From Candidatus Undinarchaeales archaeon (lineage in GTDB: Archaea > SpSt-1190 > JASMDC01), in contig JASMDC010000012.1 in NCBI GenBank assembly GCA_030753015.1, positions 1 to 64,000 of the forward strand: DNA of 64,000 nucleotides, written 5' to 3'. Numbering within the stretch: the first letter of the stretch is position 1; each line of letters begins with the position of its first letter. Of the stretch, positions 17,323 through 26,175 are shown one piece after another. Made by a program: the position numbers and the translations under genes. The notes below the pieces were generated by a model, which was not told the origin of the DNA, made no database searches, and saw only the letters and a list, made by a program, of their open reading frames with translations.

Positions 17323-19796
17323 GCCCGTCCCCCTCCCGGTCCTTTTATAGAGACGGTTCCCGTGTTCGCATCCACGATGACGAGGTCCCCGTCCTGTATC
17401 GAATGGGTCGCTCCCTGGACATCGACGATGGTGGGGACCTTCAGCTCCCGGGCGATGATGGCGCCGTGGGAGAGCAGCCCACCCTTGTCAGCAACGATGG
17501 CCGAGGCCAGGGCGAACAACGGCGACCACCCGGCGTCGATCACCGGCGCCACAAGGACCTCCCCACGACGGAGACCCGATGAGGTGGGGTCCAGAACTAC
17601 CCTCGCGCGCCCCGAGATCCGTCCCGGGTAGCAGGGTATCCCCGCAAGCCCCCCGGTGGATGCTGCGTCCTCACACTCGGTGAGCACGACACGTGAGTCG
17701 ATGATGGAAGGGAACGAGGCGAGGGCGCTGTTCGCCTCGAACTCCCGTCTTCGTGTCGCGATGCGGTCACCAAGGTCTTCTTTCTTCTCATCGAGGGCGA
17801 GGATCTCTTGGAGCGTGAGGAAGTAGATATCGTCCTCTGAGTCGAGCTGCCCCTCATGAGCGGCGTTTGAGGCGAGGGCACGCAGGTTCTTGCGGCAGAA
17901 ATTTGCGAGTCGGATGAGGTTGCTCTTCTGGCGTTCACGGTACTTGGAGAACAAAAGCTCCAGTCTCAATAGCGCTGTGAGTCGTACCTTGGAAAGAAGT
18001 GGCAACACGGGAACGCTGACCTCGGGGGAGGGCCCGTGCTGGGACGGCGGGTCCCGGAGGTACAGCTTGAGGATGTCCACCACAAGGGAGGGATCCGTCT
18101 CCCAGGAGTCGGCACGCATCTCTGCCTCCTTCGGCCCCCTGTAGCCGTATCGGTGTAAGAACTCCCGGAAGAAGGACAGGTCCTGAACGATGGTGATGAT
18201 GTCACGGGTGTCCCGCTCGAACAGGTCCGAGAGCAGGGAATCCCCGGCGATGGTGCCCGCGAGCCGCTCCAGCTCAATGATCGGCTTCAGGCTCTCGAGC
18301 TCGTCGTGGCCGGAGGTCAGCGATGTGGCGATGGCATGGTGGTCGTCATCGAACACGGTCTTGCAGAACTGGAAGAAGTTGCCGGTGATCTTGGAGCTGA
18401 ACTGGGAGATGAGGAAGTGTAGACGCGCTGTCTCTATGCCGGTATGGATGAAGCGTCTGAGGTTCTCGCGACATCCGACAGGGTTCGCTCGAGCGGGGCG
18501 TCGATCCAGCAGCAGTTCGATATCCCGCTCGTTCTGCTCCACGAGACGCGCCATGGAGAGGAAGAATGCCTGCGACTGCGCCAAGAAGGTAGCTGAGGAC
18601 CGGAGGGAGAGCCTATTGCCGGCGGATACCAGCGGCTCGAACGCGTACGTGTCGTTCTCGCCGAGGATCGTCCGCTTCAGGTCCTCCACCGAGGTACCGG
18701 GGATCCTGATGGTCTGAGCACAGAGGTAGGCGAGGTTGAGAAAGACACGATTTGAGAAGTAGCCCAGGAACACCTGATCGCTGGTGGCCTCATCGTGGAT
18801 GCCGTAGTACCGCTCGGCCTCGACGAACCCCTTCTGGAGGACCTCGCCGAGGGTGGACCAGGTCACGGGTGTGATGGCCCCGGGCAACACCTCCCCGATA
18901 TTCGCAGACGTGTAGATGGGATAGTCCGGATCGATGGGCGTATCCATCGAGTTCCCGGGAACCGGCTCCTCGATGGTGGTGATGTCCCGGGCCTGGAGGA
19001 GGTAGAGACGGTCGTCCTCGAACGCCCACTCGATGTCCTGGGGGGTGCCGAAGGAGTCCTGAACTGCCAGGGACCGGTCCGCGATGGCGAGGAGTTGTCG
19101 GGTGTCAAGAACTTCATTGCCATGAACGTTCTTGGAGATCAGGAGCCTGTCCCGGACCTGGATGACGAAGGTGTCCACCCGCCGTGTCCCGGAGACCACG
19201 GCAGTGCCGAGTCCCGCGGAGGCCTCGATGACCGCGTAGTTCATGCCCGTCGTGGGCTCGCGGGTGAAGCACACACCAGCCACCGACGGGGTAAGCATCC
19301 GCTGGACGATGACGGCGAATCCGAATCCCTGCTCGCGAAGGTCCTTCGTGTACTCCTCGGGTGGCCGGTTGAACGCAGAGGCCAAGCACTCCTTGACAGC
19401 ATCCAGGAGGGCATCCTTTTCCACGTCCAGAAGGCTCTCGTACTGACCGGCGAACGAGCGGGCCGCCAAGTCTTCAGAGATGCCTGATGAGCGGACGGCG
19501 CTCCTGTCTGATCCCAAAGCGTCGAACGCATCCAGTATCCGTTCCTCGAGCTCGTCCGTGAACACTGCGAGCTGGACCTGCTCCTTCATCCCTTCAAGTC
19601 TGCCCTCCCGAGCGCGGTCCAGAAGGCCGTTGTGGGCAAGGAGCTGCTCGATGGCCGCAGTGGTGATGACGAAACCGTCGGGAACCTCGAATCCTTCCCG
19701 ATGGAGCCGGATGAGGTTGTGGCCTTTGGAGCCGACATCACCGACATCCACCTCTCCCTGGGAGCGGAGGGCTATGACGAGATCGGGCCGGGGCAC
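17319..19796 (-). CDS. PEP-utilising enzyme with rifampin-phosphotransferase/PigC-like architecture
   Basis: N-terminal PPDK ATP-grasp (VGSKG.NL, AVRSSG..ED...SFAGQY, QDIEWA, LLQAR.IT), central helical domain, C-terminal phospho-His swivel (LSHGAIIARE). Confidence 0.88.
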   Translation of the reverse strand: MPRPDLVIALRSQGEVDVGDVGSKGHNLIRLHREGFEVPDGFVITTAAIEQLLAHNGLLDRAREGRLEGMKEQVQLAVFTDELEERILDAFDALGSDRSAVRSSGISEDLAARSFAGQYESLLDVEKDALLDAVKECLASAFNRPPEEYTKDLREQGFGFAVIVQRMLTPSVAGVCFTREPTTGMNYAVIEASAGLGTAVVSGTRRVDTFVIQVRDRLLISKNVHGNEVLDTRQLLAIADRSLAVQDSFGTPQDIEWAFEDDRLYLLQARDITTIEEPVPGNSMDTPIDPDYPIYTSANIGEVLPGAITPVTWSTLGEVLQKGFVEAERYYGIHDEATSDQVFLGYFSNRVFLNLAYLCAQTIRIPGTSVEDLKRTILGENDTYAFEPLVSAGNRLSLRSSATFLAQSQAFFLSMARLVEQNERDIELLLDRRPARANPVGCRENLRRFIHTGIETARLHFLISQFSSKITGNFFQFCKTVFDDDHHAIATSLTSGHDELESLKPIIELERLAGTIAGDSLLSDLFERDTRDIITIVQDLSFFREFLHRYGYRGPKEAEMRADSWETDPSLVVDILKLYLRDPPSQHGPSPEVSVPVLPLLSKVRLTALLRLELLFSKYRERQKSNLIRLANFCRKNLRALASNAAHEGQLDSEDDIYFLTLQEILALDEKKEDLGDRIATRRREFEANSALASFPSIIDSRVVLTECEDAASTGGLAGIPCYPGRISGRARVVLDPTSSGLRRGEVLVAPVIDAGWSPLFALASAIVADKGGLLSHGAIIARELKVPTIVDVQGATHSIQDGDLVIVDANTGTVSIKGPGGGRA

Positions 19797-19898
19797 ATGG
19801 TGCGCTCGGTTCCTCTATTTTAAAGCTGTTTCGCCGGGCCGTGGCCCGGTAGGGAAAACCTATTTCAATACAGTATCCTTGTGGTGACTTGGAGCCGA

Positions 19899-20759
19899 AT
19901 GATACTCGATGTCATTGAATACACGGACCCGTACTGTACCTGGTGCTGGGGTTCCGAACCCATCCTACGAAAGATCCAAGAGGTCTACGGGGAACAGGTC
20001 CGGATCGGTTTCAGGATGGGGGGGCTCGTAAAGGACATAGGGCAGTTCTTCGACCCGGCCAATCGCATCGGTGGGAAGGACTGGTACAAGCAGGTCGCCG
20101 AGCACTGGCTGGAGGCATCCTCACGCCACGGGATGCCGGTCGATCCTGAGATATTCTTCGACATCAAGGATGAGGTGTTCTCCACTTATCCGGCGAACAT
20201 CGCCTACAAGTCCGCCGAGATGCAGGACGAGAGGTTGGCGAAGAGGTTCCTGAGGCGGATGCGTGAAGCTGCCTCCGCCGAGCGACGGGCGATCCATCGT
20301 TTGGATATGCAGGCGGACCTGGCGGAGGAGGTCGGACTCGACCGCGACCGGTTCCTGGAGGACATCAACAACGGCCAAGCGGAAGGTGCGTTCAAAAAAG
20401 ACCTTGCGGAATGCAGGTCGATGGGTGTCAGTGGTTTCCCCACCTTTCTCATTAGGAACCAGAAGGGCGAACGGATACTCCTTCATGGATACGTGTCGTT
20501 CGGGTCCTTCGAGGCGGCTTTCACCAAGCTTGCAGACGACACCCTGAAGCCACGAACGATAGTGCTGACTGAGCAGACCGTTCTCGACCTCGTTCGCAGG
20601 TACGGGAAGGTGGCCCCGAGGGAGGTAGGCGAGGTCTTCGACATCACGATGGAGGCCGCGACTGGACGGCTCGAGCTGTTGAGGGAACGAGGGCTGCTGG
20701 CAGAACAAAAGGCAGGGAACGGCGTCTTCTATTCGGTGCCAGAGGATCTGGAAGAATAA
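19899..20759 (+). CDS. DsbA/YjbH-like thioredoxin-fold protein with C-terminal winged helix
   Basis: TDPYCTWCWG CxxC; GVSGFPT cis-Pro loop. Confidence 0.85.
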   Translation: MILDVIEYTDPYCTWCWGSEPILRKIQEVYGEQVRIGFRMGGLVKDIGQFFDPANRIGGKDWYKQVAEHWLEASSRHGMPVDPEIFFDIKDEVFSTYPANIAYKSAEMQDERLAKRFLRRMREAASAERRAIHRLDMQADLAEEVGLDRDRFLEDINNGQAEGAFKKDLAECRSMGVSGFPTFLIRNQKGERILLHGYVSFGSFEAAFTKLADDTLKPRTIVLTEQTVLDLVRRYGKVAPREVGEVFDITMEAATGRLELLRERGLLAEQKAGNGVFYSVPEDLEE

Positions 20760-20819
20760 CGATCGATCCGCTCGAACACCGGATGATAGCGGTTAAAGAT
20801 GTCGAGCGAGGGCGCTCGT

Positions 20820-21128
20820 TCACGAGGAGTCAGGTATGCAACAAGCGAACATATCGTTCACGTCATAGAAGATATTGGAGAATTCCTTGCTCGCCTCTTT
20901 CAGCTCATCCTCCCCCTTCTTTGTCAGCGTGTAGGCCTTCTTCTTGTTTGCCTCGATGAGGCCCTTCTCCCTCAGCGTCTTCAGGGCAGGATAGAGGGTT
21001 CCGGGGCTCGGCTTGATCCCCCGCCGATTCTCCAGGTCCCGGGCGATCTCGGCACCTGTCATGCTCTCCTTGCTGAGGTTCCAGAGGATGAGGTAGGACA
21101 GGAAGCCCTTCATGTTGCAGCATTCCAT
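20820..21128 (-). CDS. PadR family regulator with terminal Cys-Cys pairs
   Basis: PSPGTLYPALKTL...GLI...YTLTKKG; begins MECC, ends ACCIPDSS. Confidence 0.88.
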   Translation of the reverse strand: MECCNMKGFLSYLILWNLSKESMTGAEIARDLENRRGIKPSPGTLYPALKTLREKGLIEANKKKAYTLTKKGEDELKEASKEFSNIFYDVNDMFACCIPDSS

Positions 21129-21136
21129 ACCAATAT

Positions 21137-21244
21137 TATCAGACAACCGAGATAAAAACATTCCCGTTCCCGAGGACGAGTAGATATCGGTTAACCGATA
21201 ACTATTTATGGAAGTATCGGGTATAAGATATTGGATAACCGATA
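21137..21244. promoter_or_regulatory. four TATCGG-N4-CCGATA operator-like palindromes
   Basis: Perfect TATCGGTTAACCGATA at 21185-21200; degenerate copies at 21137-21152, 21215-21230, 21229-21244. Confidence 0.75.
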
Positions 21245-21255
21245 AAGTGGTGAAC

Positions 21256-21387
21256 ATGATGACCTGCAAGATATTGTGCGACGACAAGGAGATCGCGACC
21301 TTCGACTGTACCGCTGACGGGTGCAACATCCAGTTTACGGATGAGGGAAAGGACCTGTGCAAGGACGGCTCCAAGGGATGTTGCTGA
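21256..21387 (+). CDS. 43-aa Cys-rich mini-protein (not in ORF track)
   Basis: MMTCKILCDDKEIATFDCTADGCNIQFTDEGKDLCKDGSKGCC*; GGTGA SD; genome-typical codon usage. Confidence 0.75.
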   Translation: MMTCKILCDDKEIATFDCTADGCNIQFTDEGKDLCKDGSKGCC

Positions 21388-21669
21388 GCAGCGTCCCTTC
21401 CTTTCTTCCGACAACATAGGGGGTGATGGGAACAGGGTGATCAACGAATGATGAGACGTCAGTCGAAGAGACTGAGAGGAGGGGGGGGGTTCACGGGATG
21501 GGCTCCATCCTATTCCTCCCCTCGCCGTTGTGAAGAGTTTTTTTCAAGTTACGTAAAACCATCGATATTGACGGGAGCTGAGATGCACATAGCCGTCCGT
21601 GCCAACGTCCAACCTACAGACCCGGGTGATCCTGAACGCGATCGGGAGGATTGACCCGATATCTGGCGC

Positions 21670-22308
21670 TCAACCTTCCACGAGATGGACCAGCACGCCC
21701 AGGGCGATCAGCACGATCCCTGTGATGAGGCGCTCGTGCTCCTCCAGGAAATGCCATTCTATCCTCTCCATCCCGCTCAAGGCCAGGTTCACCATCAGGA
21801 CCAATCCCAGGACCGTAACGATCAGATAGATCACTGAGACCATGACGATGCCTGGCCAGCCACCGGTACTGGCCAGAAAGAAGTAGGAGACCATGGCGAT
21901 GCACGGGGAGAAGAACAGCGCTGTGGCCAGGGGGATCGCGATGGCGAACCGTGATCGTTCTGAATATGCATCGGTGTCGACGGGTCCCTCGTGGCCGTGG
22001 TGATCGTGGCCTCTGAAGTCCAGGGCCACGTAGACAAGTCCCACGGCGATCAGGACGAGTGGGGCGGCGACGCCCATGATGAACTCGTGGGTCGAGGAGA
22101 GAGTATGGCCGACGACCCCGATGAGGACACCGACCAGGATCGTACTCACAGTGTGCGGGATGGCGATGAGGGCTGCGATCCAGGAGCTTTCTGCGCGGGT
22201 CCATCCCTCGGCCCTGCTGATCATGACCAGGGGGATCCAGTGATCGGGCATCAATGCATGGTTCACGCTCAGGGCAAGGGCCCCGATCGCAAGTTGGATC
22301 ATGTCCAT
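21670..22308 (-). CDS. Ni/Co transporter-like (NicO/UreH-type) membrane protein
   Basis: HALMPDHW TM1 motif, His-rich loop GHDHHGHE, SPC motif, about six TM segments. Confidence 0.75.
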   Translation of the reverse strand: MDMIQLAIGALALSVNHALMPDHWIPLVMISRAEGWTRAESSWIAALIAIPHTVSTILVGVLIGVVGHTLSSTHEFIMGVAAPLVLIAVGLVYVALDFRGHDHHGHEGPVDTDAYSERSRFAIAIPLATALFFSPCIAMVSYFFLASTGGWPGIVMVSVIYLIVTVLGLVLMVNLALSGMERIEWHFLEEHERLITGIVLIALGVLVHLVEG

Positions 22309-22420
22309 CCTTCGCTCTCCTCTCTGAAGCCTGGTTTCATTGGTAGGTTGTGACCGGAAAATCTTCAGGGCATAAGAGATTAATAGACAGTGCACCACTC
22401 CCGGCCCAGAGGTGCATCAC

Positions 22421-22618
22421 ATGCCGATCGTGACAATCGAGACGTGGCCCATGGAGAAAGAGATGAAGACCGACGTGATCCGAAATATCACCGAGGTGTT
22501 CGTGGGACTGGGCATCCCTGCCCAGGCGGTGACCGTGGTCATCCACGAGAACGAGATGGAGAACTGGGGGAGCGAGGGGATCCAGCACTCAGTGAAGTTC
22601 GCGGACATGAGGAAGTGA
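22421..22618 (+). CDS. 4-oxalocrotonate tautomerase family protein
   Basis: N-terminal catalytic Pro (MPIVTI), V.V.IHE...ENW...G, 65 aa. Confidence 0.88.
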   Translation: MPIVTIETWPMEKEMKTDVIRNITEVFVGLGIPAQAVTVVIHENEMENWGSEGIQHSVKFADMRK

Positions 22619-22628
22619 CGGGACCGAC

Positions 22629-23084
22629 TCAGTCGGGATCGTTGCCGGCGCTCGGCACCCCGAGGACCATCCTCACGTGTTCTATGCCTGCATCCATGAA
22701 GATGGGCCCGTGAGCTGTGAACCCCAGTTCTTCGTAAAAACCGCGGACGGCGCACTGGGAGTGCAGGACGACCTTCTCCATGCCATGCTTCTGACAGTGA
22801 TCAACAAGGAACACTACAAGCCGCTGGCCGAATCCCTTGCCCCGCCATCCCTTGAGGACGGCGATGCGCTCAAGCCTTGCCGTCCTTCCTGTGGTCCTGA
22901 CGCGGGCGCACCCGATGGGCTCGCTCCCGAGCAGAACGAGGATATGCTCGGCTCCGTCATCCAGCCCGTCCAGCTCCCTGTCGAGCGGGACGCTCTGGCC
23001 TTCAACGAACACCTCCCGACGGATGGCAAGTACCGTCTCGAACTCCTCCCGGCCACATGTGAGGCGAATCTCAAGATCCTCCAC
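22629..23084 (-). CDS. GNAT acetyltransferase, ElaA-like
   Basis: IRREVFVEGQ, RIAVLKGWRGKGFG, FYEELGF, DAGIEH..M. Confidence 0.9.
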   Translation of the reverse strand: MEDLEIRLTCGREEFETVLAIRREVFVEGQSVPLDRELDGLDDGAEHILVLLGSEPIGCARVRTTGRTARLERIAVLKGWRGKGFGQRLVVFLVDHCQKHGMEKVVLHSQCAVRGFYEELGFTAHGPIFMDAGIEHVRMVLGVPSAGNDPD

Positions 23085-23191
23085 AGAAGCACTGGTAGCG
23101 GCCGCCCCTTATAATGATGAGCCCCCTTCCACTGCAGGCCGGCCCCATGAAAGGTAATATTTAAGATGCCATAGCAGTTCTCACGTCACGG

Positions 23192-23620
23192 ATGGTGTCA
23201 CGTATGCCCGCTTGGTTCACCTTTGCCCTGATTACACTGCTGCTCTGGGGGTTGTGGGGGATCTTCCCCAAGCTCGCTACCAACCATATCGATCCGAGGA
23301 GTGTCCTGGTCTTCGAGGGCATTGGCCGGTTCGTTGTGACCCTTGTGGTCCTTGCCATGATCGGCTTCCGACCGGAAATGAAAGTTGAAGGTGTGTCGTA
23401 CGCTGTGCTCGGTGGACTGATAGGGAGCATCGGTGCCGTGTTCTTCTTCTATGCTGTCAGCCAGGGCAAGGCGTCCGTCGTCGTGACGACAACGGCGCTC
23501 TATCCGCTAATCACCATCCTGGTCTCGTACCCGCTCCTGGGCGAGGAGCCGTCAGCACGACAGGGTCTCGGGATGGTGTTCGCGATGATCGCCCTCGTGC
23601 TGTTCTCGGTGGAGGCATAG
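23192..23620 (+). CDS. EamA/DMT family small transporter
   Basis: LWGLWGIFPKLA, GKASVV, YPL, LGE motifs; five TM segments. Confidence 0.85.
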   Translation: MVSRMPAWFTFALITLLLWGLWGIFPKLATNHIDPRSVLVFEGIGRFVVTLVVLAMIGFRPEMKVEGVSYAVLGGLIGSIGAVFFFYAVSQGKASVVVTTTALYPLITILVSYPLLGEEPSARQGLGMVFAMIALVLFSVEA

Positions 23621-23629
23621 GCGTCCAGA

Positions 23630-24383
23630 TCACCAGACACCGGGGACGAGCCGGTGTGGCACCTTCCTCGTGTACTCCTTGTACCCGTCGAGGTTCTCTT
23701 GGAGGAACGCGTCCTCTTTGGCCGTGCGGAGGGTGATGACGGCGATGGCGAGCACGCCCGGAATAAACGCTATCGGAGAGCCAAAGAACAGGGGGACGCC
23801 GATGAGGGCGGGGATGCTCCCTGCATAGCCCGGATGGCGGACGTAGGCATAGGGGCCCGTGTCGACGACCCGATGGTCCCGTTCCTTCTGGATACGGACA
23901 AAGGCCTCGAAGAACCGGTTCTCGCCCATGGCCCAGGTCCCGACGGCGAACCCGAAGGTGTAGAGGACGAAGCCGAGCGATGAGAGGTAGGGGTCGAGCA
24001 GCGCCCATTGTGGCACCCAGGCGCCGGTCCACCCGTAGCGTCCGATGTCCAGCCCGACGACCAGAGGTTGGAGACGGGCACCAAGGAGCATGAATAGGGG
24101 CATGAGCCAGCGGTCCCAGGGCTCGGACTCCTGTCGGTTCCCGAACCGGTGGGTTACCATGGCCGGATTATGACGGTAAAAAATACGCCATTGTGGCGAA
24201 CGTGTACACGAACATGATGCCCAAGAACTGCCACGCCCGGAAAATGTTCGTGTGGCCAGCACCGACGAACAGGAGGATCCCCGTCAGGCCCACAGAGAAG
24301 ACGCTGATGGCAAGCATCTTCACCGTGGCATGGAGAAGCCCTTCTTCCTTCGGTCCCGTCGCTGCCTTCTTCTCTTTGGCCAT
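23630..24383 (-). pseudogene. isoprenylcysteine carboxyl methyltransferase (Ste14/PEMT-like) family gene, frameshifted in a T6 run
   Basis: 5' part (MAKEKK...FATMAY, with GGAGGTGA SD) and 3' part (YRHNPA...GPYAYVRHPGY...EDAFL...Y..Y) are in different frames, joined at 24178-24183. Confidence 0.75.
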
Positions 24384-24402
24384 GTGCATCACCTCCGTTC
24401 AG

Positions 24403-25590
24403 CTATTTTCGCAGGCTCTCTACCGGGTGGAGCTGGGCCGCCTGGTAGGCGGGCAACACCCCCGACATGCTGCCGGTGAGGAACGAGAACCCAAGTGCCG
24501 TGCCGATGAGCCCTGGTGTGATGTAGAGGTGCAGTGAGAAGCCTCCGGCCTGGGCCGCCGCTTGGGCGACGAGGGCGAACGAAAGCCCCACACCCACTCC
24601 CAAAAGCCCTCCCACGAGCCCCAGCAGCCCCGACTCGATGAGGAAGATGGCGAGGATGTCGCCGTTGCGGGCGCCCACGGCCTTGAGGATACCGATCTCC
24701 CGCTGACGCTCCATCACCGAGGTGTACATGGTGTTCATGATGCCGATGCACCCCACTACCAGGGCGATGGAGGCCACCCCGATGAACAGCACCTGGACGG
24801 CGAGCATGATCCCCGATACCAGGTTTATCATCTGGGTGGCAGTCTGGACCGAGAAGTCGGCCTGGCCCCGGTGGTCCTCCAGCTCCTCCTTGATGTCCTC
24901 GGCGACTTTGGTTGGATCGAGACCTGGGCGGACGATGGCCACCATCATGGACACCTCCTCGGGCTTGTCCATAAGCTCCCGCACCATGTCCTTGTTCACG
25001 AAGATCTGGGCGTCGTCATTGGAGTTCCCCTTGCTCTTGAGCGCTCCCACGACCTTGAACCTGTGGCCCTCCAACACCAGGCTCCCCCGCACGGGAACGG
25101 GCTTGGCGAAGATCTTCTCGGCGATGCGGTAGCCGATGACGATGTTGGAGCGGTCGGTAGGCTTGAGCGTGCGCCCCCCGGCCAGCTCGGACCCCTGGCC
25201 TTCGAAGAAGAAGTCCATGTCCTTCGCGTCGATGCCCATGAGGTAGCCGATGTACTTCTCCTGGCCGTACTCGATGGTGACCGTGCCCGAGAGCATGGCC
25301 ATCACCCGGTCAACTCCGCGGACCCGCTCCACCACCTTGGCGTCGCGCTCGGTGAGGGTTCCCGCGGAAACCCCGAAGCTCCCCATCCCCCCCTCGCCAG
25401 TGAGGATCATGATGAAGCCGGTCCCCATGCGCTCGAACTCGTCGTTAAAGTAGCCCTCCAGCCCCTTGGTGATGGAGATGAGGCTCACCACCGCAGCCAC
25501 GGCGATGAAAACCCCCAGGATGGTCAGCCAGGAGCGCAGCCCCCGTCTGGCCAGGTTCCGTACCGCGATGATGAAGTATTCGCCGATCAT
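24403..25590 (-). CDS. ABC transporter permease, MacB/FtsX-like (paralogue A1)
   Basis: RSWLT.LG, GIMNTMYTSVMER.REIGILKAVGA, PA.QAA.L.PVESLR. Confidence 0.92.
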   Translation of the reverse strand: MIGEYFIIAVRNLARRGLRSWLTILGVFIAVAAVVSLISITKGLEGYFNDEFERMGTGFIMILTGEGGMGSFGVSAGTLTERDAKVVERVRGVDRVMAMLSGTVTIEYGQEKYIGYLMGIDAKDMDFFFEGQGSELAGGRTLKPTDRSNIVIGYRIAEKIFAKPVPVRGSLVLEGHRFKVVGALKSKGNSNDDAQIFVNKDMVRELMDKPEEVSMMVAIVRPGLDPTKVAEDIKEELEDHRGQADFSVQTATQMINLVSGIMLAVQVLFIGVASIALVVGCIGIMNTMYTSVMERQREIGILKAVGARNGDILAIFLIESGLLGLVGGLLGVGVGLSFALVAQAAAQAGGFSLHLYITPGLIGTALGFSFLTGSMSGVLPAYQAAQLHPVESLRK

Positions 25591-25611
25591 TGAAGTCCTC
25601 TGTCGAGGGTA

Positions 25612-25872
25612 CTAATCCTCACCGAACATGTGCTTCAGCGGCCGGATGTAGAGTACCAGCGCCAGAACGATGAACGCCCACCAGTAGGGCAGGACCCAGT
25701 CGGCGAAGTAAGCACCAACAGGCACCCCGATAAAGAACCCGCCCTTCCCGATGAACCGGATGTCGATGAAGTCCAGCTTACTTGCTTTATAGTCCAACCA
25801 CTCGTGCCAGCCCATGTCCTTGGGCTTCTTCTTCGTGGGTTCGCTCGATTCGTTGGTTTCTTCTTCTGCCAT
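25612..25872 (-). CDS. small two-TM hypothetical protein (paralogue 1)
   Basis: Clear paralogue of 25902-26156; GGTGA SD. Confidence 0.8.
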   Translation of the reverse strand: MAEEETNESSEPTKKKPKDMGWHEWLDYKASKLDFIDIRFIGKGGFFIGVPVGAYFADWVLPYWWAFIVLALVLYIRPLKHMFGED

Positions 25873-25901
25873 GGAGTATCACCTTTACGGGCGGAGTGTC
25901 C

Positions 25902-26156
25902 TTACCCGAACATATGCTTGAGCGGCCTGATGTAGCAGAGCAGCGCCAGGACGACGATGGGTATCCAGTAGGGCGTGATGTAGCCGGGGAAGTGCGCCCC
26001 TATCACGAGCCCGAACAGCAACCCGATATTCCCGATGAGCTTCACGTCCACGTAGTCGAGTTTCGTCACCTTGAAGTCCAGCCACTCATGCCAGCCCATG
26101 TCCTTGGGATCCTTTCCCTTGGGTGTGCTTTCATCTTTCGTATCTTCTTCAGCCAT
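25902..26156 (-). CDS. small two-TM hypothetical protein (paralogue 2)
   Basis: Shares PKDMGWHEWLD.K..KLD and YIRPLKHMFG with its neighbour. Confidence 0.8.
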   Translation of the reverse strand: MAEEDTKDESTPKGKDPKDMGWHEWLDFKVTKLDYVDVKLIGNIGLLFGLVIGAHFPGYITPYWIPIVVLALLCYIRPLKHMFG

Positions 26157-26175
26157 GATGGATCATCTCCTTTCG

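Noticed and set aside
21418-21450. GGGAACAGGGTG resembling a cobalamin riboswitch core
   Set aside because: The remaining conserved elements are missing and the site lies downstream of both flanking genes
24177-24183. U UUU UUA heptamer as a programmed -1 frameshift
   Set aside because: Joining the two halves needs +1 (or -2); the -1 frame stops within a few codons
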